Below, piece after piece: positions 53,521-64,000 of a DNA stretch of 64,000 nucleotides. Origin of the DNA: Felis catus (taxonomy: Eukaryota); contig NC_058368.1 in NCBI RefSeq assembly GCF_018350175.1, positions 91,018,001 to 91,082,000 on the forward strand, written 5' to 3'. How positions within the stretch are numbered: the stretch's first letter is position 1; each line of letters opens with the position of its first letter. The notes beneath the pieces are model-generated. The model saw only the letters and a program-made list of their open reading frames with translations. It ran no database searches and was not told the DNA's origin. Position numbers and translations under genes: made by a program.

Positions 53521-54542
53521 CTTAAAGATGCCAGAGCACAGTTAGAAGAATTTCAGAAACATGACCAACATGAGCCATAAGCATCATGCACAATCGAAGA
53601 ACAGACTTAAGTATTTCATCGATTAATGGAGATTTTGAAGGAATAACAGTAGGATGATAAATTTTTGCATCACTTGAAATATATATATGTCCACATATGT
53701 GTATGATCATATTGCAAATGTTAGAAAACAAAGGAGACAGAAGGACTGGAACCACACAAAAGTCGTGGGCAGCAGTAAGATGAAATACCGAGTCCTCACG
53801 ATACATGGGGATGTGCAACCCTTCTTCTGAAAGAATCTCATACTGGGTCAAAAATAATATCCAAGTGGATGCTGTTGATTAGGGAATATCCAAACGCAAT
53901 GACTCAGGAAGGTGGAAAGTGAAATGACAGCAGAAGACATGTCAGGAGAATAAAGATGTACACACGTGCGCACACACACACACACGCACATGGAGCAGGG
54001 AATGAAAAAAGTATCCAGGATTAAGCGAGGCCCATGGGTCATTTTGTTTTGATAAAGGGCATAGGCCGCTACCCTGAGAAAGTAATAGCATGCTACCGAA
54101 TATGTCACCCAAAAATGGCACTGAGAGAGGTAGAGATTGAATTAGCTAACATCTTTCCTGATCTGATGACTCACACATAGGATTTCATCACAGATGGGGA
54201 GGGAGGAAACAGCACCTCGTTAGCTCTGCGCCCCTCCCTGTGTGACAGATACCCCAGCACCTCTACCAGTGTCTCCCACCCGGTCTTGAACCGAAGCACA
54301 GTCCAGCCAAGAGACCTCTCTGCGCGTGGACTTAGCCGGCAGCAGCCTCACAAAGCCACTCAGAGACATGAGCCATCCCCAGCCTGAGCGGTTAACCCTG
54401 GTAGGATCTCAAGCAAGATTTCAGGCCCACATGAGGACCGTGGTCTTCATTTGCCATTTCTACTCTGTTAACCGTTTCTACTCTGTCCCTGTGTCATTCT
54501 CCCCCCTAGCTCACACCGCTGAATGTTAAAACAGTGTCTCCT

Positions 54543-54772
54543 GGGGGCACCTGGGTGGCTCAGTCGGTTAAGCGCCGACTTCAGCTCAGGTCACGATCTC
54601 GCAGTCTGTGAGTTCGAGCCCCGCATCGGGCTCTGGGCTGATGGCTCAGAGCCTGGAGCCTGCTTCCGGTTCTGTGTCTCCCTCTCTCTCTGCCCCTCCC
54701 CCGTTCATGCTGTGTCTCTCTCTCTGTCTCAAAAATAAATAAGCGTTAAAAAAAAAATAAAAAAAAATAATA
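54543..54772 (+). mobile_element. Young SINEC_Fc
   Basis: TSD aaacagtgtctcctg. Confidence 0.93.
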
Positions 54773-55210
54773 ATAAACAGTGTCTCCTGAAGGTCTGTGG
54801 ACACTTGTCAGACATGGAGGCTCCCCGAGCCGGGGACGGCGCTCGCCTGGGCCTGGTGGTCGTGCCACCTGATGAGCCGACTGGCAGGTGCCCACAAAAC
54901 TGCTCCTCTAGATGGCAGGCAAGGGCCTTGTCCTGTCTGCTGTGATTATTAGACAGACCTTGGTTTCAGAACTAGCAAAAGATGGGGAAATAAATGTGTC
55001 TGAGAATTAAGGAGATAATGACAAGCCATTTTAATATCTCTCAAGTTCTGACAGATCAAGCAGTAAATTTATTCTGTTTTCCGTTTGCTCACCTTCTGGG
55101 ACTCTCAGAACAAAGTCTCAGTTGGAGCAAGTCCTTTAAAACGTAGCATGCTGCTTCCATTTTTCCTCTGTCCAGCTAGCCTCCTTCCCTTCCAACCAGC
55201 TGAATTTCTA

Positions 55211-55407
55211 AAATTTTTTAAGTTTATTTATCAATTTTGAGAGAGAGAGAGAGCTGGGGAGGGGCAGAGAGAGAGGGAGAGAATCCCAAGCAGGCTGTCA
55301 GTGCAGAGCCCGACCGACATAGGGCTCGAACCCATGAACCGTGAGATCGTGACCCGAACCGAAACCAAGAGTGAGACACTTAACTGACTGAGCCACCCAG
55401 GTGCCCC
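55211..55407 (-). mobile_element. CanSINE
   Basis: TSD aaccagctgaatttct. Confidence 0.92.
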
Positions 55408-55420
55408 TAACCAGCTGAAT

Positions 55421-55447
55421 TTCTTTTCTTTTCTTTCTTTCTCTTTC

Positions 55448-55484
<37 letters not shown>

Positions 55485-55515
55485 TTCCTTTCTTTCTTCT
55501 TTCTTTCTTTCTTTC
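55421..55515. repeat. (CTTT)n microsatellite flanked by direct repeats
   Basis: Read directly from sequence. Confidence 0.95.
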
Positions 55516-57101
55516 ACCAGCTGAATTTCTAATTCATGTATTGGGTTGTGCACAGGCTGCACGCCTTTTTAGAAAGAGTACGTGAGCCAATAAAGAGCTT
55601 CTAAATCAGAGCTGGTTCTCATATGGGCTTCCGAGTCCGGGAGTCTGGGAGATCGCCTTCCCAATGCTGCTTGGCTCCCTGGCACTGGTGCACATCTGCG
55701 TTGGCACCCACTTGCCTCTACGTCTCTGAGGCTTTTTGCATCTGGTTTATTCTGTAGGAAACTGAGCAGTGACCCCCTCAGGTGAGAGGCTGTGGCAACC
55801 CTTCTTCCAGGGAGTGTATCATCCTGGCCTGAAAGAGGGTTCTCCTCTCCCCTGCTCCTTCCCTGAGGAAGGCAGCCTGTGACTGTTTGCAAGGACCAAC
55901 TCCTTCCACCCAGTGACAGCCCCCGCAGGCTGTGTCACAGACGTGTCACAAATGTGGAAACAAACTCTGAATTGGGTCAGTGTGCCCCCTGAGACCATAC
56001 ACCTAGAAATGGCAGGTACATCTCTCAGCTCAGCCTTCTGCACCTGTAAAGACTCATGTTTCCATCTGGTCTCCACCCCTCCCCCAGTAGATCACATTGT
56101 CTTCCTTTGCTAATTTTTACCCCCTCAGGAATCATTAAAATAAAAACCAGCATGTTCATTGTATTGATTGTTTTTCACCTTGCTCACTTCCAAAAACTAT
56201 TCCAGAGGCATCGTTGGATATAAAACCAAAGATCATTAACATCTAGCCACACCTTCAAAAATGATCATGAACCACTGCTCTGTAACCCTCTGTGGTCTAG
56301 AGCCCCTGTCCTTAAAGGGCCTTGTAAGACAAAAGTCAGAAATTGAAGAGCAGAGGGAGAAGTGGGTTTCTCCAGAGGTAGGTGGTAGGATGACCTTGAG
56401 GGGGAAATTGGCTCTGAGCTTCCTGGCAGCCTAGGCAAAGAGGGAAACGTGTGACACTGTGGCTCAGACAGGCAGAGGGAGCAGACCAGTTCAGTGGAGA
56501 GCTTGTCTTCCTTGGCTGAACTAGGAGAAAGTGGCCTCAGGAAGCATGTCAGGGCCACTGTCCTGTGGGAGCTCCTTCCCTGGAGTTTCCCTGGCCCCAG
56601 GAATGGTGTGCTGCCAGACCTCCATGGAGTAAGAGAACCTGAGTTTGTTACTATTTTGCCAGGTGGCCCTGGGTGAGGGAACATCCCTGCTCAGTGTGGA
56701 ATAATTTTTGACACTGGAGTGGGCAATGTTGAGATAATTTGTTGGAAGAATGGAGGCAAAATTTTTCACCAATTCTTGTCACCCCCTGTCCAGATACCCT
56801 GGAGATAGACTAAAGGGGACATTGTGTTCTCAGGGCAGTTTGAAGGCCAGGACACACCAGCCTGAGCTTTGGGTGGGAGCATGGCCACCCTGTGAGAAGG
56901 GCAGAGGCCAGGTCTGACTGACAACCATTGGGACAGAAATGTTCACATGGAGGCTAGCTTGCCAGGCCAGACCAGCCTCGGGAGGTGGCCCTGTTTAGGC
57001 TGTGAAGAGCCTTCTGAGGTCACACTGTGCAGATGAGCAAATGAGGTGCAGTGAGGGGCTGGGCACACAGGGTCTCCTTCCTCTGCATCGGGAACTGCTA
57101 A

Positions 57102-57326
<225 letters not shown>

Positions 57327-58055
57327 TGAGCCCGTGCCCCCGGCCCCCGGTGCCTTAGTGTCTGCAGCACCTGGCAGGGCACTGGGGTGGCTGTGAGTTG
57401 GAGGGAGAATGCTAACGCAAGTACAGCTTGAGCCAGGCCCCAGGGTGGATGGGGCATGGAGGCCGGGTCTCAGGTGTCAGGGCAGAGAACACCGACGTGC
57501 AGGTGCACAGGGCAGATCTTACAAGTGTTTATTTGAGAGCAAGGGGTCTAAGTCCATTGCTCCCTGCCTGTCTGCTCCAGCCACCAGCTAGCTTTCACAG
57601 GACTTTCCTGGAGTAAGTAGCACAGACGGCGAAGCCACAGGATGGGGCCGGGGAACAGGGGTCCCAGCCGACCTGAGCTCTGGGAAAACAGACTTCTGGG
57701 TGGGCCTGAAGCAGGCGAAATGTACTCTGTCTGAAACGTAGAGAAGCCCCTCTGGTTTGCCTCTTCAAAGAAGGCCGTGGCCTTCACTCAGAGCCGGTGC
57801 TGGGGTGTGGGGATGACCTTCTCCATGGCCCCACAAGAGCCCAGGAGTCTTCGGTCTGCAGGTTAAGTGGCTGAGGTCTGGGAGGCCAAGCGGTTTGCTG
57901 AGGGCCTCCCTTCCAGACAGGGCATCTTAGCTCCAAGCCCAGGCCTGCCTCCAGGAATCACAAGGATTCCTGCCAAGTTTTCAGCAGAGGAGGCCAAGGG
58001 AGTGCCTGGGATTTGAAGGGGTGTGGAAGGGCCTGGGCCAGCTGGGACACAGTAA

Positions 58056-58331
<276 letters not shown>

Positions 58332-58679
58332 TAGTGGGCCCAGGGGTCAGAGGTCAGGCTCCCTGTCCCTGGCTCAGCCCACCTGGGAGATCTTTCCCGG
58401 GTTCACCTCCTGCTGGAGATCAGAGGGCTCCTCTGGCAGCCGCTGCGGGGGGACAATGTGTCTAAAACATGCCATACCCCAGCCCACAGAATGGTGACTG
58501 CTTACCCCCTCCTCCATCTCAAGGCCCAAGGGGAAGGCCCCCCCTTCCCTGACCTACCGGAAGGCAGGCAGATTTTGCAGGCAGAGTCCTGGCAGCAGCC
58601 CCCACACCAACGAGAAGGCACCAGGGCCGGCCTGAGGATGGGCTCACAAACTTCATTTGCATATTTTCGATTAGCTTAA

Positions 58680-58902
58680 TTTTAATTTTTTTAGTGGTTA
58701 TTTATTTTTGAGAGAGACAGAGACAGAGACAGACTGTGAGCAGGGGAGGGGCAGAGAGAGAGGGAGACACAGAACCCAAAGCAGGCTCCAGGCTCTGAGC
58801 TGTCAGCACAGAGCCTGACGGGGGGCTCAAACCCATGAACCACAAGATCATGACCTGAGCCAAAGTTGGACACTTAACTGACAGAGCCACCCAGGTGATC
58901 CC
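58680..58902 (-). mobile_element. CanSINE
   Basis: Reverse-strand SINE body. Confidence 0.9.
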
Positions 58903-59442
58903 TCAACTGGTTTAATTTTAAATTCAAGAGATTCTACCTGGAATAGTGATTTCTGGCATCTCTTGAAAGTGTGGATGTTCTAACAACTCTTTCTCTTCTC
59001 ATGTGGCAGCCCCTGTCTGCCTGTGCCCTCTGTGCCCTCTGAGAAGGCCTCACAGGGCTTCGCCCATCCTCACCCCACCTGCTGAAGACACCTGGACCCT
59101 ACCTCCTGGGTAGTTGTGGGCTGGAGTCCAAAGTGATGCCAGGGGGCCACTGGGGAGATCCTGGACAAGTTCCTTCTCCCAGTTTGGGCCCCACCTTCCT
59201 CCTAATGCTCTGGAGCCCGGACTGGGTCAAGGGCTCCCAAACTGCCACTGTCTGGCACCCCCAGTGACACACGGCAAACACACCACTCTCTTATTAAAAG
59301 CACATTTTTCTTCCTTCCCTATTTTAAGAGGAAGCTTTGTATTGCTACCCAAAATGCAAACGCAGTACCACTTGCCTTAAATGGAAGATGAATCTAAAAG
59401 TTGATTCCCAAAAGAAAAGACACTTCTATCTAAAGGGTTTCC

Positions 59443-59662
59443 AGGGTGCCTGGGTGGCTCAGTCAGTTAAGCGTCTGACTTCAGCTCAGGTCGTGATCTC
59501 ACAGTTTGTGAGTTCAAGCCCCACACTGGGCTTTGTGCTGACAGCTCAGAGCCTGAAGCATGCTTCAGATCCTTTGTCTCCCTTTCTCTGCCCCTCCCCT
59601 GCTCACACTATATCTGTCTGTCTATCTCAAAAATATATAAACATTTTAATTAATTAATTAAT
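59443..59662 (+). mobile_element. CanSINE
   Basis: TSD aagggtttcc. Confidence 0.9.
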
Positions 59663-60488
59663 TAAGGGTTTCCTGCTGAAGGCTCCAGGTCTGAGACCTG
59701 GTCTCTCTGCACAGGAGGAGCCAGGGTTGGTGACCCGCTGAGGACCTACTGGCACCTGCTGAGGCTTTCTTTTATGGTGCGGACAGAGAGTGACAGGAGA
59801 CTCGTGCAGAGAACGATTTCCTCATTCTGTGATCCTGAGATATTCATGCCTTGCTGAGGCCCTCCTAAAATCAACCAGCAGCGCCCCCCTAGTAGCTGCC
59901 TTCCACACAGTGGGAAGCATGGGGCTTCCTGACCTGCTGTTTCTTGTCTCCTGAACACCTATTTATCCAGGGGGATTGCCAGTGGCCCATGCAACCCCCT
60001 GGCCAAGCCAGGCCTCTGAGGATGTGTGGGGAGCTGATGGGGCCCTGTGTCGGGGTGAGAAGACCCTGCTTTTCAGCTGGACATATGCTCACCCTGTGGC
60101 AGGAAGCCCTCACCCCGCCCTGGTGTGCAGCAGATGCCCTGCGCCCAGAAGGCTGGGGCGGGGTGCAGGGGGTAGTGGCTGTCCGAGTAGGGAGGTGGCC
60201 CTGACAGCTGCTGTGTGAAGCCCCTGCACCCCCGCGGCCTGTGGGGGCAGATCCAGGAAAAGACCCTGAACGAGGCAAAAGGGTGAAGGTGGAGGGAAAT
60301 CTAGTTCTGGCTGAGCAGCAGAGGGCAAGGTGGGCTCCCAAGGTGGTTTGGGCCATCACTGGCACGGACCCACCCTTGGAGGAGGGGAGCTGGGAGAGAC
60401 GGGGCTCTGCTCCCCACCGCTCCCCTGACCAGTCCAAACTTGTGGACCCTGCCAGCCTCTCCCCCATGCCCCTGGCTCCTGCCCCTGA

Positions 60489-60893
<405 letters not shown>

Positions 60894-61164
60894 TGAGGCT
60901 CTGCGGTCGACTGGGTGACCTCAAACTCTGCCCTCTGAGGGTTTCAGTTTTCCCCTCCAAACGATATTCACGGCCACCTCTCAACAAGCCTATTTATGTC
61001 CGCCATCCCATCCAAATCTTGACCCAGGAATGACCCGCAGGATTCAGGCCATTAGACCACCAGACCCAGGTCACACTGGACTCTGTCTCTAAGCAGGACT
61101 AGGGACCCCAAGTCTTCTGAGTCCAAGGCCGTTCCTGGTGATAGAGTCCCCCGCTTGATGTTCT

Positions 61165-61460
61165 TGTTTTTTTTTAATTTTATTTTTTATGTTCCTGTTT
61201 ATTTTTGAGAGACAGCAAGAGGGGGAGGGGCGGAGAGCGAGGGAGACAGAGGACCCGAAGCAGTCTCCATGCTGATGCAGGGCTCCAACTCATGAACCAT
61301 GAGATCATGACCTGAGCTGTAGTCAGACACTTAACTGACTGAACCGGCCCCAGGTGCCCCTTAAGATTTTATTTTTAAGTAATCTCTCTACGTGGGGCTC
61401 GAACTTACAACCCTGAGATCAAGAGTCACATGCTCTACCAGCTGAGCCAGCCAGGTGCCC
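61165..61460 (-). mobile_element. Two adjacent CanSINEs (one short form)
   Basis: Two SINE heads ending caggtgccc at ~61360 and ~61460. Confidence 0.85.
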
Positions 61461-61814
61461 GGGGCTCTTGATTTTCGGATCGCTCTTTGAAAGTTCATTT
61501 TAGTTGCACAAGTGATACATTTTATTTGTGAGAAACATAAAACACTAGAGATAAGGCTCAGGGCCCTTTAGCCCCTCTGCTAAGGCCAGTGCCCCATGGC
61601 ACCTGAGCCCACCACCCGATACCAGAGCATGCACCCGTGGGGCCAGCATGTTTTATGTATGCGTGTCCCTCTGCTGACCTCACCTGCAGGGTCTTGCCAG
61701 CCCCAGAAGTGCCCATGGTGACCTGACTGTGCCCATGCATATGCAGTCGGGCCTCGGTATGTGCTGTGTCTGTCCTGGCACATTCACCTGCTTGCCAAAG
61801 TGTATCTGTCATCC

Positions 61815-62530
61815 CTGTGTCAATAGTGGTGGAGTTTTCACGGACATTCACAGTCATGTGCAGAGCAGTGAAGGATTTGAGTCATCCAGCATGCACGTTC
61901 TCAGCCAAGCTGGCACAAGGCTCTGCTCCCTGTAACCAAGGGGCCTGTCCCCACTATGTGTGCTGCCACGTTTTTCACGTTTTTTTATTTGGGGGGATGG
62001 TTCCACTGTTTAAAAATGCCCAAGCGTGGGGCACCCAGGTGGCTCAGTTAGTTGAGCATCCAAGATGGGCTCAGGTTCAAGCCCCGCGTCAGGCTCTCTG
62101 CTGTCAGCAAAGAGCCTGCTTCAGATCTTTTGTTCCCCTCCTTCTCTGTCCCTCTCCAGCTCCCCTCTTACTCTCAAAACTAAATAAAGCATTAAAAAAA
62201 ATTTTTTTAATGGCCGCAAGCTAGTGCCGAGTGCTGTCGGCTGTTCCTGAGCACAAGAAGCTAGGTGGTGTGCCCTGCAGAGGAAACACATGTGCCAAAC
62301 GAGCTTCATTCAGGCCTCAGTTCTAGTGCACCGGCCGTGAGGTCAGCGTTAATGTCAACAGTATCGAGGAAGGTGGCTTTAAACAGAAACACAGATAAAA
62401 TAAGATTACGTATTGACAGTCAGTGAAAGCATCCTGATCCCTCGCAGGACCCTAGCCCTGTGCTCCCGTGAGAATTCAGCATTCTGGGGTGCTTTCTAGA
62501 ACATAACTAACCTCACATAATGAGGGCCAG
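61815..62530. mobile_element. TcMar-Tigger MITE (MER82-like) split by a SINE at ~62028-62200
   Basis: catgtgcagagcagtgaaggatttgagtc...aaacagaaacacagataaaataag...tagaacataacta; family name from memory. Confidence 0.6.
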
Positions 62531-62622
62531 CAGCTCGTGTGCCTTGGCGTGAGTTTCTAAGCTGGCTGCCGAGGAAGGGTGAACAGTGGGGCAAACACCT
62601 TCGTGGCCATTTCTGGGCACAG

Positions 62623-62782
62623 GTCATCCCGCAGGGAGACGCCCGGATCTCACTGACGTACAAGTACATGATCCACGAGGACTCGCTCAACGTAGACGGC
62701 AACAATGTCCTGGAAGACGACTCTGTGGGCTACGAGTGGGCCCTGAAGAAGTGGACTCCTTGCTCCAAGCCCTGTGGTGGAG
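62623..62782 (+). CDS. ADAMTS2: ADAMTS2 exon 17, 160 nt (end of spacer, start of second TSP1 repeat)
   Basis: ggcacag|GTC...GGAG|gtgagg; [53 protein letters not shown](G); phase 0-1. Confidence 0.96.
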
Positions 62783-63599
62783 GTGAGGGGCCCCAGAGGT
62801 ATTCAAGGCTGAGTGGGAGGGGTCTTCTGGGCAAAGGGCTTCCTGAGCCCACAGTACCCCGCTGCCTGCCTGACCTGAGTGAGGGATGTGCTAGGTATGA
62901 GCAGACTGGCCCCAGGGGCCAGAGAGTGAGGCAGCGGCCTGCCTGGGAGGGGGCAGAGGGTAGGCAGGAAGGGGGTACTCAGGGCAGCAGGCAGCCAGAA
63001 GGGCATGTGGGGGCTTGGATGTCACCCATGTGGACCTGCATCAGGGGCTGGTCCTGGCGGGAGGAAGGTTGGTGTGCAGGCACTTGGGTGGATTACCACA
63101 GCCTCACGAGGCAGGTGACAAGGCAGGTGAGGAGGGACTTGGGCCGTGCTGGGGGTGGGTGAAGGGGCCCCCTCTGTGGGCCTTTGTTCATTCAGAAAGG
63201 TGTCCCTGCCCTCCTGGGGCAGGACTTCGTGCAGAGCGGCCCCACCTGCCCTGGACTTTGAAGAGTCCACAGTTGGGTGGGACAGACAGACAGGCAGGAA
63301 GTTCTGGTCCACCCCATGTGGTCGCCGCTCCCTGGGAGTTGGACGAGATGAGAAGCAGAAGCAGGTGGCCAGGACAGACCTCCCTCAGGATGCCACCTGG
63401 GGTCCCACATCTCGAGGACAGAGAGGAGTTTACCAAAGTGGGGAGACCCATCCTGGGGCCCAGGCAGGTGGACGGCTCCTTCTGGAGTGCTCCCACCTGG
63501 GTGGATGGCACCCCAACATTCTGTTGAGCCTCCCTGCCCCCCTGGAGTTTTTCAGCAACATGTCCTCCTGACTCTGTCTCCTATGTGTCTCTTGGACCC

Positions 63600-63990
63600 A
63601 TCTTCCCAGTCCTGGCTCATTCTTGCTCCCTAGCTGGCCCTTGCGTGTCCACTGTCACCCCCAGAGTGCCCTATTAAAGGTCCCTTGCTGGTATCCCTTC
63701 CTGGCGTCATTAAGTTTTAGCAGCTCCCTCTGCTCTTGGGAGAAAAACAAGATTCTCCTTATGGCCTCTGTGGTCCAGGCAGCTTGCTGACCTCTCCCAC
63801 TGCACTGGTGCCCCCACCCCTTGCTCACCAGGCCCTGGCCACACTGGCCTTAGCTGCTTTTCCTGGACATGCTGTGCTCCTGCCTCAGGGCCTTTGCACA
63901 GGCCGCCTACTCCCCAGAAGCCATTTTACTGCCCTCTCACAAAATCAGCATCCTTCCATTCTCTGCTTTCTGGAACACCTCCAGACACCC
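63600..63990. mobile_element. Probable L2 remnant
   Basis: ctcctgcctcagggcctttgcaca-type L2 3' motif. Confidence 0.5.
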
Positions 63991-64000
63991 AGATTAGAGC

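Noticed and set aside
59878..59896. cagcgcccccctagtagc CTCF-like motif
   Set aside because: An extra C breaks the motif register, making it a weaker match than the reported sites.

Overview
Mammalian genomic DNA, almost certainly a felid (about 30 feliform-type CanSINE/SINEC_Fc tRNA-derived SINEs plus carnivore L1s). The window holds 13 consecutive internal coding exons of ADAMTS2 (procollagen I N-proteinase) on the + strand, matching human exons 5-17 in my recalled numbering. All have GT-AG boundaries and compatible phases, and the frame is open. They cover the metalloprotease domain (HETGHVLGMEHD), the disintegrin-like domain, the first TSP1 repeat, the Cys-rich domain, the spacer and the start of the second TSP1 repeat. 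The introns are mostly SINEs, nested L1s, MaLR/ERVL LTRs, DNA-transposon fossils and microsatellites. I found no RNA gene, CRISPR array or new multi-gene system. The most unusual observations are: a 77-nt diverged copy of part of exon 11 inserted into a hAT transposon fossil 1.1 kb upstream of the real exon; RGE in place of the human RGD motif; a possible intronic poly(A) site after exon 10; several CTCF motifs, one partly duplicated by a SINE target-site duplication (TSD); a SINE carrying ~80 nt of extra cargo; a triple TSD; and a 938-nt polypurine tract. Repeat-family names are from memory of consensus sequences, and repeat boundaries are approximate.
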